DNA of 64,000 nt, taken from the NCBI RefSeq assembly GCF_001194135.2, contig NC_068995.1:5726571-5790570 (forward strand), written 5' to 3'. Within the stretch, counting starts at the first letter, position 1. Each line of letters begins with the position of its first letter. A program made the translations under genes and the position numbers. The notes under the pieces were generated by a model. The model was given only the letters and a program-made list of their open reading frames with translations, was not told the DNA's origin and made no database searches. The stretch is from Octopus bimaculoides. Taxonomy: Eukaryota. Below, piece after piece: positions 11,145-22,706 of the stretch.

Positions 11145-11292
11145 TCAGCAAGTATTGCTTCACCACACCCCGACAATTAGAAATAACAGTCAAAACCACT
11201 ATTTCTCTACTAAAATACGACTTTTAGTAGAGAAATAGTGGTTTTAGCTGCTATTTCTAATTGTCGGTGTGTGGTAAAACAATGCTTGCTGA
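11145..11292. mobile_element. 148-bp palindromic MITE-like element
   Basis: Two 71-nt arms with 7 mismatches (inner 24 bp perfect) around a 6-nt loop; arm homologues at 1581-1632 and 2118-2169 indicate a family. Confidence 0.75.
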
Positions 11293-11601
11293 NNNNNNNN
11301 NNNNNNNNNNNNNNNNNNNNNNNNNNNNNNNNNNNNNNNNNNNNNNNNNNNNNNNNNNNNNNNNNNNNNNNNNNNNNNNNNNNNNNNNNNNNNNNNNNNN
11401 NNNNNNNNNNNNNNNNNNNNNNNNNNNNNNNNNNNNNNNNNNNNNNNNNNNNNNNNNNNNNNNNNNNNNNNNNNNNNNNNNNNNNNNNNNNNNNNNNNNN
11501 NNNNNNNNNNNNNNNNNNNNNNNNNNNNNNNNNNNNNNNNNNNNNNNNNNNNNNNNNNNNNNNNNNNNNNNNNNNNNNNNNNNNNNNNNNNNNNNNNNNN
11601 N

Positions 11602-11644
<43 letters not shown>

Positions 11645-11670
11645 TTAATTAATAGTCGATGAATTTCATA

Positions 11671-11716
11671 TTAGACAACATGTTTCGGCTCATCACTCTG
11701 GGTCCTTTCAGGTTAA
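11671..11716 (-). ncRNA. Degenerate minimal type I hammerhead-like motif (Penelope-like remnant?)
   Basis: TTAAC-CTGAAAG-...-GCC-GAAA-CATG-TT-GT(C)TAA: stem I complementarity and palindromic CATG loop are present, but the CUGANGA core is altered and stem II is weak. Confidence 0.25.
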
Positions 11717-12314
11717 GTTCCGGAAGTAGATCCAACGGAAGTGTACCACAGCTGCGATGACAGCAGGTAGCCTAAACTGTGCCGGTGCTCCCCCACCCAA
11801 CATTGAAACATACTAATCGACTTATACTTATTTACTCAAATATATATATATATATAACACAGACACATTCAATAGTGTGAAAGAGATATACACAGAAAGC
11901 GATTTGTGCGTGAGGTGGTGGGCTCTCGCGCGTGTGCGGTCTAAAAATGAGAAAATTAGTGCAGGTCAATTTCATTGGCGTTCATTTGAATTTTTTCTTT
12001 TATTATTCTGGAAGAACATCAAATAATTTAATTCTGATAGTTTTAATTAGTTGCAAAAAAAAAAGACAGGTGTATCACGTCTTGAATTATATATACGTGG
12101 GTCTGTACTGGTTTCTATGTGTGTCATTCACCGCTCGCAAGCTTGTGCATTTGTATACTGTTAACGATCTCTTTCATCTGTCTGCGTCGTCTCAATATCT
12201 GTATCGTGTCTTCCGATTCTATTTTTGATTGTCTACCTACCTGCCTGCCTGTCTGTCTGTCTGTCAACAGACAGATGGGCAGGTAGATAGACATAGAAAT
12301 AGGAAAATACATTG

Positions 12315-12480
12315 AAAGGCATAGCTGTGGGATAAGATATTTACTTCCCAATTACATGGCTCCCAGTTGTATCCCACTTCATGGCACTTTGCTGAAGAAT
12401 CTTCGACTATAGCCATGTGAGTGGATCTGGTAATGAGAACTGACAGAAGCTACTGGAAACTGAAAGAAGCCCATCATATG
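12315..12480 (+). mobile_element. SINE type B, 5' half
   Basis: GGCATAGCTGTGGGATAAG head ... GGAAACTGAAAGAAGCCCATC, then TG/TA tract; homologous to 27300 and 61120. Confidence 0.62.
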
Positions 12481-12785
12481 TGTATGCGTGCGTTCGGCAA
12501 TCAATTCAGCGAAAAAGTACAATAGAATAACAAACAAAAGTTATTTTCTGCAATTAAAAATTGAAGGCGGTGCCCCAGTAATGATTGCTTTCTAAAAGTA
12601 GACAAAATATATACTAATTTTCTATTCGGGTCCATAATTTGTAGTATGCTGTTTAAATCCCATTCGCAGTATTTGGTTACCTGATGTCATTAACATTATA
12701 AACTTATAGGTCAATGGATTTACTACGGGAATTTCTTTATGTTCATAAAATATATATAAATATGGGAGTCAGTTTTCTTTCTCTC

Positions 12786-12822
<37 letters not shown>

Positions 12823-13231
12823 TTACTAGTATTTACAGAGCGACTCAGAGTCAGAGAGTTTCGAGCGTTGGCAATTATCGCAAAACTGTTGGAGTGAGTC
12901 ACTCTGTTACTTCTGCTAAATGTTGATAAAAATATACATATATTCATATCTTGAGTTGTATTTTCCTGTTCGCACCAACAGACACACACACACACACACA
13001 CATATTATGTGTGTGGGTATATGTGTGTGGGTATATGTGTGTGGGTATATGTGTGGGTGTATATAAAAATAATATATCAACATAACTGCGCATGCACATG
13101 TATGCATGTGTGTGTGTGTGTGTGAGTATTACAGACACGCATATATATATCGCTCAAGGTTTATTTACAAGAAATTAAATTTTGGGTAGAAGTGGGGCAA
13201 ATGATACATTACAATACGATACTGTTAAGCT

Positions 13232-13294
<63 letters not shown>

Positions 13295-13879
13295 AGTTAG
13301 AGCCACTACGTGACGTCTGACATGGTCATGGCAGAAGTGCGCTTTTATGTGTGATAATATATTTATGGATCAAAGTTAATAAACCCGATTACATATCGTT
13401 ACCCCATAATTTTGCTCTATTAACTTGGTTTANNNNNNNNNNNNNNNNNNNNNNNNNNNNNNNNNNNNNNNNNNNNNNNNNNNNNNNNNNNNNNNNNNNN
13501 NNNNNNNNNNNNNNNNNNNNNNNNNNNNNNNNNNNNNNNNNNNNNNNNNNNNNNNNNNNNNNNNNNNNNNNNNNNNNNNNNNNNNNNNNNNNNNNNNNNN
13601 NNNNNNNNNNNNNNNNNNNNNNNNNNNNNNNNNNNNNNNNNNNNNNNNNNNNNNNNNNNNNNNNNNNNNNNNNNNNNNNNNNNNNNNNNNNNNNNNNNNN
13701 NNNNNNNNNNNNNNNNNNNNNNNNNNNNNNNNNNNNNNNNNNNNNNNNNNNNNNNNNNNNNNNNNNNNNNNNNNNNNNNNNNNNNNNNNNNNNNNNNNNN
13801 NNNNNNNNNNNNNNNNNNNNNNNNNNNNNNNNNNNNNNNNNNNNNNNNNNNNNNNNNNNNNNNNNNNNNNNNNNNNNNN

Positions 13880-13916
<37 letters not shown>

Positions 13917-14119
13917 CTGTGTGTGCATATATATGTATATATATACTTGTATATAGTTCTCTGAATGTGTTTGCGAGCATACGGTGGTGTCCCAGCATGA
14001 ACACAGCTTTAAAGCTGAAACACTTTAAAGACATATATACACTATATTAATATATATACACGACTATATATATATATATATATATATGGAATCATGTATA
14101 TGTATAAGCATATAGGATA

Positions 14120-14303
14120 TATGTATCAATAAGTATCCGGACTGTAGTAACGAAGCTAAAGCACCCAGAGTAAAGTCGCTTGGCACAGATTGATATTGAA
14201 CTCTGCTGTGTTTGTGCACTAAGTTTTAATATACTTTCTCACTTCCGCTGTTTACAGCAGTGCTTGGAAGGAAGGTGTGTAGCGTATGATCGTTGCATTG
14301 CCA
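14120..14303 (+). mobile_element. Mariner-like transposon 5' end (TIR and leader)
   Basis: GTATCAATAAGTATCCGGACT (14123-14143) matches GTATCAAAATGTTTCCGGACT (49814-49834), which heads the mariner relic there. Its leader end recurs inverted at 14713-14746. Confidence 0.7.
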
Positions 14304-14319
14304 GCGTCCGAATCATATG

Positions 14320-14746
14320 CAGTTTTCATCGTTCTCTACACAATCAAGGAGATTTTTGCGCAACTGAAACCCGAGTATCTTTTTGGTCAGCTGAAAGCAG
14401 TTTTGGCACTTACTTGGCAGACAGGCGTCTCATACCGAAATCTTCAGTGATAATGGACTGAACTGAACCGTAACTAATCTGCACATCCTCTGATAACTCA
14501 TGGATGGTGATTCGATTATTTCCACTCATATCCGACGCACATCTGCGACGTTTTTCTCAGCTCTGCTGGTTGTGGGTCTCCCAGAACAGTCGTCAGTATC
14601 AACATTTTCGGCCATCTTAGAAACGTCATAACCAGTTACGTACTTGTGTGCGGTTCGCACACTACTCTCCATACAAAGTCTCTAAGAAGGTATCACCATG
14701 GCAACTATATCATGGTCAATACAACAATCACACGCTACACATTCCT
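14320..14746 (-). mobile_element. Mariner transposase pseudogene, N-terminal part
   Basis: Minus strand with frameshifts: DTDDCSGRPTTSRAEKNVADVRR ... TIHELSEDVQISYGSVQSIITEDFGMRRLSAK*VPKLLSADQKDTRV (helix-turn-helix region and WVPxxL-like motif). Confidence 0.88.
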
Positions 14747-14765
14747 GCTTATTTATCAGACTTCG

Positions 14766-14808
<43 letters not shown>

Positions 14809-14842
14809 ATGCGCGCGCGTTTTGTATTTGCTCGAATATAGC

Positions 14843-15003
14843 TTACGTCACTGTCGGTTACGACGACGTGTGTTCCAGATGGTACAACCAACCGAACAGC
14901 TTCCTTATGAGATTAAAGTGCAAGTCGCTGAGCATTTCACGGACATGGATTCTTTTAATATAGTTATCAGCGCAGCACAGGATGTGATTAAGCTCGCCCT
15001 TTG
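14843..15003 (-). mobile_element. SINE type D, 3' tail
   Basis: Reverse-complement homologue of 21025-21213 and 55230-55400 (GTCGGTTACGACGACG...GTTCCAG...GTGCAAGTCGCTGAGCA); cut by a gap. Confidence 0.75.
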
Positions 15004-16079
15004 ATNNNNNNNNNNNNNNNNNNNNNNNNNNNNNNNNNNNNNNNNNNNNNNNNNNNNNNNNNNNNNNNNNNNNNNNNNNNNNNNNNNNNNNNNNNNNNNN
15101 NNNNNNNNNNNNNNNNNNNNNNNNNNNNNNNNNNNNNNNNNNNNNNNNNNNNNNNNNNNNNNNNNNNNNNNNNNNNNNNNNNNNNNNNNNNNNNNNNNNN
15201 NNNNNNNNNNNNNNNNNNNNNNNNNNNNNNNNNNNNNNNNNNATATATATATATATATATACACACACACCTAAACACACACACACATACAAAAATATAT
15301 ATAAATACGTACACAAACCTAGATAGATAGATGCATCGCCTACAACTGCCAGATTTATTTTATCCTTTTGAAGTTTTCTGATGCAGTTATACAACAGGGG
15401 ACATTGTCCAATGAATGACATATACATTCTTATCACCAGGAACAATCAGCGAAACCACACACTGAAACAAACGCACACGGTCTGTTTCGGAGAGTCCTGG
15501 TTCATCGATCTGTTATCAATTCCTGAAACAGCAATGGCTTGATGTCTACTTCTTTGTTTGTTGAAGCATCGGAATCACTGGGCAGAATTCCAAAATAACA
15601 GATCACAGGATTATATTTATCTTATGAGATCACAATTAGAGACTTCAATCACTTTTCTATCGTTCGTTCTATATAATTATATTTCGTTTTAAAGATAAAT
15701 AAGTGCAAGTTATATAAGCTAATAATAAAAGATTAATAGTTAGTAATTTTAACTGGTATTTCAATATTTCAGGCAAAGGACACCTTATTCAGGAAATATT
15801 CGGAGATAAGGCATTCTTAGTTGATTTTCTAAAGAAGAGTTCCTTAACCTGAAATATCAGGTAAAATACGATGCATCGACCTATATAATTGTTCCGCCTT
15901 TAAAATGATAATCAAAAACATTTATATATACCACAAAATGCATACAGACTACACACAAAAACATACATGCAAACACACATAACGTTACTCATTGGGCATA
16001 ATGCTTTGTCGTCTTACTGCCAATATTTCACCTCAATCTTTCCTTCAGCGTCACAAAACATTAAACTATCATTATACAA

Positions 16080-16127
<48 letters not shown>

Positions 16128-16135
16128 GCTACCGC
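16080..16135. repeat. (CTA)n microsatellite
   Basis: CTA run; similar runs at 31226-31259 and 36950-37007. Confidence 0.95.
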
Positions 16136-16691
16136 TGCTGCTGCTGCGCAACCTTATTTTGCTGATAATTTCCCATCTTACATGCCATATATTCAGTTTT
16201 GAAACACCGACATATTTCTAGAAATCAATATATTTAATATTTACATATTAAATTGCTTACTAAATTCAATATGCCAACGACTTAAAATAGATGGCGAACC
16301 AAATACACAGTTGCGTGTGTGCGCGTATATGTGTGCATGCATATATNNNNNNNNNNNNNNNNNNNNNNNNNNNNNNNNNNNNNNNNNNNNNNNNNNNNNN
16401 NNNNNNNNNNNNNNNNNNNNNNNNNNNNNNNNNNNNNNNNNNNNNNNNNNNNNNNNNNNNNNNNNNNNNNNNNNNNNNNNNNNNNNNNNNNNNNNNNNNN
16501 NNNNNNNNNNNNNNNNNNNNNNNNNNNNNNNNNNNNNNNNNNNNNNNNNNNNNNNNNNNNNNNNNNNNNNNNNNNNNNNNNNNNNNNNNNNNNNNNNNNN
16601 NNNNNNNNNNNNNNNNNNNNAATCCTTCTCATACGCTCAAACTGTATGTATGCGAGTGTGCATACGCACACACGCAAACGCACGCACGCAG

Positions 16692-16727
<36 letters not shown>

Positions 16728-17100
16728 CAAACAAACGCACATACAGGGCAAGGAACCAAAAACGAAAAAGTCATGCATATGTTTACATAAATCGGTTAAT
16801 ATGAGTGAGAGGTTAATATGAGTGTGTGTGTGTGTGTGCGTGCGCGTGCGTGTCTAAATATACGTTCGTTGTACGCGTGTTTACATATGTATATGATAGT
16901 ATGTATGCGCAGGTATACATATGTAGATGTTTGTGTGCGTGTGTATGCGTGGGTATAAGTATTCAGAGATATAAACGTATACTATGATGGAGATGTATAT
17001 ATTAATGTGATCATATCCATAATTGTTTGCCTAAATATAGTTATGTGCACACACATAAATATAGATATGTAGGTATACACACACACACACATAAATATAT

Positions 17101-17235
17101 ATATATATATCACTGCAAACATTACGACGTACATTATATATATATATATATATATATCACTGCAAACATTACGACGTACATTATATATATATATATATAT
17201 ATATCACTGCAAACATTACGACGTACATTATATAT
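17101..17235. repeat. 47-bp minisatellite, three visible units, running into a gap
   Basis: CACTGCAAACATTACGACGTACAT at 17111, 17158 and 17205, separated by (TA)n. Confidence 0.9.
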
Positions 17236-18022
17236 NNNNNNNNNNNNNNNNNNNNNNNNNNNNNNNNNNNNNNNNNNNNNNNNNNNNNNNNNNNNNNNNN
17301 NNNNNNNNNNNNNNNNNNNNNNNNNNNNNNNNNNNNNNNNNNNNNNNNNNNNNNNNNNNNNNNNNNNNNNNNNNNNNNNNNNNNNNNNNNNNNNNNNNNN
17401 NNNNNNNNNNNNNNNNNNNNNNNNNNNNNNNNNNNNNNNNNNNNNNNNNNNNNNNNNNNNNNNNNNNNNNNNNNNNNNNNNNNNNNNNNNNNNNNNNNNN
17501 NNNNNNNNNNNNNNNNNNNNNNNNNNNNNNNNNNNNNNNNNNNNNNNNNNNNNNNNNNNNNNNNNNNNNNNNNNNNNNNNNNNNNNNNNNNNNNNNNNNN
17601 NNNNNNNNNNNNNNNNNNNNNNNNNNNNNNNNNNNNNNNNNNNNNNNNNNNNNNNNNNNNNNNNNNNNNNNNNNNNNNNNNNNNNNNNNNNNNNNNNNNN
17701 NNNNNNNNNNNNNNNNNNNNNNNNNNNNNNNNNNNNNNNNNNNNNNNNNNNNNNNNNNNNNNNNNNNNNNNNNNNNNNNNNNNNNNNNNNNNNNNNNNNN
17801 NNNNNNNNNNNNNNNNNNNNNNNNNNNNNNNNNNNNNNNNNNNNNNNNNNNNNNNNNNNNNNNNNNNNNNNNNNNNNNNNNNNNNNNNNNNNNNNNNNNN
17901 NNNNNNNNNNNNNNNNNNNNNNNNNNNNNNNNNNNNNNNNNNNNNNNNNNNNNNNNNNNNNNNNNNNNNNNNNNNNNNNNNNNNNNNNNNNNNNNNNNNN
18001 NNNNNNNNNNNNNNNNNNNNNN
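17236..18022. other. Largest assembly gap
   Basis: 787 N. Other large gaps: 11293-11601, 13433-13879, 15006-15242, 16347-16620, 20813-20913, 25791-26142, 38174-38386, 45298-45808, 46992-47374, 47952-48234, 49406-49558, 57099-57602. Most abut TA or CA repeats. Confidence 0.99.
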
Positions 18023-18283
18023 TATATATATATATATATATATATATGTGCATATGCATACATGTGTGTCTACATTCATGTCTGTTTGCTAGTGTGTTGT
18101 GCTAAGCTAATTACAAACGTTGAATATTTTCGGCAAAATTGGAACCCTGTGGAGAAACCAATGAGACTACCTCGCACATTACACACGCACTAATTATCAC
18201 GTGCAGATATAATTATACACACATACAATCAATGGTATGCATATAGACACATCAACGCCATGTGCGCCCCTCTCTATGTGTTT

Positions 18284-18317
<34 letters not shown>

Positions 18318-18919
18318 GCGTTTTTATACATATATATGTTTCTGTATGTCTAATAATTGCATCACTAACTGCATATTATGCGAGCATTTCCTGTCATTAA
18401 ATAATATTTGTTGAAAACTGTAATTAAAATGAACAGTGATTTGTTAAAACGGCACCAGGCATTAATACACATAGAAAATTAATACAACATGAAGCTGTGA
18501 AATTCATGGCTTCCTCATTGGAACATTATGATGTCAGTCATGCTGGGAGTAATTTGCCGTTTCTCTGTTTCCGCCTTAAGATGTTCCTATTTATCTACAG
18601 TGTTAGGAATAATTCATTCAGGATTTAGGACAAATGAGGTCATGTACTAGTTAAGTTATGAGGCCCCTTTGGGGGTTCTTACATATGAGGACCCTTACTT
18701 GGTCCTTTTAAAAAATGACATGTAAAAGCACTCATTATTTATTTCACTGTTATAACTTTTAGGAAAAGAACGTTTGACATTTGAAAAATTCTTCGTATAA
18801 AATTTTTGGGGCACGAAGTTGCCCCACCTCCTGTACCTAAGTATACCTAAGGACAATGGTAAATCCGGCACCGAGCACGAGGCTTTATTTTTTTATTTAT
18901 TCATTTTGTTTGGATTGGT

Positions 18920-19550
18920 GATTAATTGATTACTTCGACCCCCGGGTTCCTGTGATGCATGTTTTTTTGCTTGGAATGATGAAAGGCAATGAATGACGAC
19001 TTCTGGAATTTGAAATCAGATAGTAAGAATCTGGGAAAAATGATGTGAAGCATTTTGTCAGGCGTGTTAACGATTTTGCCAGCCCGTCGCCTTGGCAATT
19101 ATCAGAATACTTTCTGTTATAGGCACAGAGTCTGAAATTTTGAATGAGGGTGATAATCAACTAGATCGGCTCCAATGCTCAACTGGTACTTATTTTATCA
19201 ACCCCGAAATGATGAAAAGCAAAGTCGACCTCGGCAGCACTTGAACAGAGAATTTAATTACCGACGAAATGCCGCGAACCATTTTCTCCTGCGTGATAAC
19301 GATTCTGCCGTTCTCGGCGCCTTGGCAAGAATTACAAAGCACAGGGCTACCCATTTTTGAGGGGAGGAAGTAGTTGGTTACAGCGCCCCACTCCCCAATA
19401 CTTGACTCGTTCTTCTTTTATCGAACCCGAAATCATGAAAGGCATGGTCAACCTCGGCGAAAATTGGACACAAAAGATAAGGACAGATAAATTAAATTGA
19501 CGTTAAGTATTTTATCCGGCATGTTAACAATTCTCCCAGCTCGTCGCCTT
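18920..19550 (-). mobile_element. Three head-to-tail SINE type A copies
   Basis: Heads end at 19093 (GTCGCCTT), 19323 (GGCGCCTT) and 19550 (GTCGCCTT); each carries GAAAT(G/C)ATGAAA-like and GAAAGGCAAAGTCGACCTCGG-like blocks at differing divergence. Confidence 0.8.
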
Positions 19551-20243
19551 AATAATAGTAATAATATCAGCAACAATAATGAAACTTTTTATGGTAGTAT
19601 ACAATTGGCTTCATGAATATATAACAGAAGTATTTATTGGTGGTAGAGATAGAAAAGTCAGGAATGCAAGACTATCTAACTTCAGCTAGATTTGAACTCA
19701 AAATGTCAAGATGTGAATCTAAATAAACAATGTACTTCTTACAATAGCTTTGATTGCACCCAATAAAAGCAAAGCGCAGTTAGTATTTAGAAGAGAGCAT
19801 GTGATCGAAACCATATTTGACCAGGTAGTGTAGGAGAAAGGAAGTATTACTTCAGGTATAGTGTAGAAAGATGTCGTACTGTGCAACTAATATAAAATGG
19901 TCTTGTAATATTTTAAAGACATGGTAGTTAAAGACAAGAATCGATTACAACGACCTCCTCGTGACATTAAATGAAAGTTCAGTACATAACTTCACATCTG
20001 AGTAACAGAGTACTCAGTACTTAAATTTCATTCTCCCAAGTAAATTCTTTGAGCTTACATCATCTTATGAGCCATTAACGTTTATATGAAATCAATTTAT
20101 AACCACGTTTATGCCAAACGTTATTATTGTCTCTTTAGATGCACAACTTCGCTTATGTTCGATTGCTTCTATGGAAAAGCGTACTTAATTCTAGTTAACT
20201 ACAAATCCATCCTAACGTTTTCTTTTTCTATAGTAGTAGTAGC

Positions 20244-20290
<47 letters not shown>

Positions 20291-20304
20291 TAATAGTAAT
20301 AATA

Positions 20305-20520
20305 ATCCTTTCTATTATAAGAACGAGGTTTGAAATTTTTTGGGGAAGGGAAATAGTCAATTACATCAACCCCAGTGTTTAACTGGTACTTAGTTTATCG
20401 ACCCCGAAAACATGAAAGGTAAAGTCGATCCCGGCGGAATTTAAACTCAGAACGAAGCAGCAGACGAAATGCCGCTAAGCATTTCGTCTGATGTGCTAAC
20501 GTTTCTGCCATCTCGCCTCC
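20305..20520 (-). mobile_element. SINE type A, full length, flanked by (AAT)n on both sides
   Basis: CGACCCCGAAAACATGAAAGGTAAAGTCGATCCCGGCGGAATTTAAACTCAGAACG...GCCATCTCGCC; AAT repeats at 20243-20304 and 20521-20540. Confidence 0.87.
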
Positions 20521-20540
20521 ATAATAATAATCGTAATAAT

Positions 20541-20727
20541 CTTTCAGTTGTTTCAGTCATTTGACTGCGGCCATGCTGGAGCACTGCCTTTAGTCGAGAA
20601 CAAATCGACCCCAGGACTTATTCTTTGTAAGCCTAGTACTTATTCAATCGGTCTGTTTTGCAGAACCGCTATTTTACGGGGACGTGAACACACCAGCATC
20701 GGTTGTCAAGCGATGTTGAGGGACAAA
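20541..20727 (-). mobile_element. SINE type B, 3' half
   Basis: GTTTCAGTCATTTGACTGCGGCCATGCTGGAGCAC...GTCGAGAACAAATCGACCCCAG...CATCGGTTGTCAAGCGATG. Confidence 0.85.
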
Positions 20728-20761
20728 CACAGACACACAAACATATACACACACACACATA

Positions 20762-20812
<51 letters not shown>

Positions 20813-20913
20813 NNNNNNNNNNNNNNNNNNNNNNNNNNNNNNNNNNNNNNNNNNNNNNNNNNNNNNNNNNNNNNNNNNNNNNNNNNNNNNNNNNNNNNNN
20901 NNNNNNNNNNNNN

Positions 20914-20949
<36 letters not shown>

Positions 20950-20952
20950 TAG

Positions 20953-21213
20953 GACCGGCAGGGGGTGGTGGCAAAACTTGCAGTACCCTTTCACCACAAC
21001 TTTCTCTCACTCTTTCTTCTTGTTTTTGAAGTACCTGTATTTCAAAGGCCCAGCTTGGTCGTACATTGTGTCACGCTGAATGTCCTACAGAACTACGTTA
21101 ATGGTACACGTGTCTTTAGAGTGTTCAGCCACTTGAGCGATAATTTCACGAGCAGACTGTTCCGTTCATCGGATAAACTGGAACCCTCGTCGTCGTAACC
21201 GACGGAGTTCCAC
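20953..21213 (+). mobile_element. SINE type D (central module and tail; head lost)
   Basis: Central block CTTTCACCACAACTTTCTCTCACTCTTTC shared with type E; tail ends GAACCCTCGTCGTCGTAACCGACGGAGTTCCAC, as in 55400. Confidence 0.78.
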
Positions 21214-21257
21214 ATATATATATGAAGAAAGTATGAATATTCATTATGGTATAGCAA

Positions 21258-21567
21258 TGTTGTTGTTTGTTCCTTCTCGAGCCATGCCTGGCGCATAATG
21301 GCTGATTTCCCGGTTTCATTGGCGCATTAATTCCCCACCTGGACGGGACGCCGGTCCGTCCCAGGTGAGCTGCTACATGCAGGAGGAAAGAGTGAGAGAA
21401 AGGTGTGGCGAAAGTGTCAGCAGAAATTCGCCATTGCCTTCTGCCGGAGCCGCGTGGACCTTAAGTGTTTCGCTCATAAACACACACATGCCGCCCGGTC
21501 TGAGATTCGAACCACGATCCCTCGACCGCGAATCCTCTGCTCTAATCACTAGGCCATGTGCCTCCAC
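21258..21567 (-). mobile_element. SINE type E, full length, clear tRNA-derived head
   Basis: GTGGAGGCACATGGCCTAGTGATTAG (A box), GGTTCGAATCTC (B box), body, GACGGACCGGCGTCCCGTCCAGG, (AAC)n tail. Confidence 0.88.
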
Positions 21568-22661
21568 TATAGCAGAGTAGCCTTGTTGAATTTCAAGGCA
21601 GAATATCTAGATATAACTTTGAATAGGCAAATAATTGTTCAATACTAAGATACTCCAGGACTATATATACTATAGTATTTATGCCAGATGCGAATCCAAA
21701 ATTTTTGAGATTTGAAATCAGAAACTCTAGGTGTGAATCTAAATATATAAGTAAATATTCAAATGCTTAAAATCTCAACGGCATTTATAATACATCATAC
21801 AAACAGAATACAATTTGTATTTAGCAGGAAATTTATAAACCATGTAATACGGAGATCGGAAAACTAATTTGATATTAGCGTAATTTTAGGATCTTGAGAG
21901 ATAATAACATTTTGACAATGATTGTACGTACACACGCACATATATATATATACGTAAATATATGTATGTGTACGTGTGTGCATATATATGCCTGTATGTA
22001 TAAATCTATACAATATATATATACGCATATACGCATGTACGTATACATATATATGCACAGCGTTTAAATGCATACGCGCGCGCGAGAGAGCGGCTGTTAA
22101 TGCTAGCAAACTAAATTGAGAATTGAGTAATAGAACACCAGCACTAGAAACATTAGTAGCTGTATGCTACAATAAAATTTATTTCTCAGCAAGTATATTT
22201 TAATACTGAGTATCTCCAACTAGTTTTTCGAACACCTCAATTTTCTTCTAATCACACAATCAGATCTCAAGTAATCGTTTCGTGTCTTTTACAAATAAGT
22301 ACGTGTTATTAACACTTTTACTATATGAAGGCTATTAGTTAGGAACGACGTTATGGTATCTATCCAATCTGTATATCATCTACAAACATAAGGCTGTATA
22401 TACATATACATAAGTAAAGCCAAGACTGATATGGCGGAACGTTGCTTACACAATGAAGTCTTCTAAATAACAATTTTACTATTCAGGCTTTGCTTTCATT
22501 AAATCTAATAAGTATGGTTATCGGTTTTTCCAGTGTTGCGTAATTGCACGTCTGACTAATGATAAAATCCCAGCTCCACACACAAACACACAAACACACT
22601 CACACGCGTGTGTTTCTGTAACATGTGTGTTTGTGAGTACATATAAATATATGTATGAATG

Positions 22662-22706
<45 letters not shown>

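Noticed and set aside
11238-18193. Long ORF-track entries containing X runs (also at 25-26, 38, 45-49 and 57 kb)
   Set aside because: Open only because N gaps and TA/CA repeats contain no stop codons.
18920-19550. Repeat-spacer appearance of SINE arrays and the 47-bp minisatellite as CRISPR-like
   Set aside because: Units are 200-bp diverged SINEs or identical cores with (TA)n spacers; eukaryotic context; no cas genes.
21495-21567. tRNA gene
   Set aside because: A and B boxes are present, but the acceptor stem does not close and the sequence continues into a SINE body shared with other copies.
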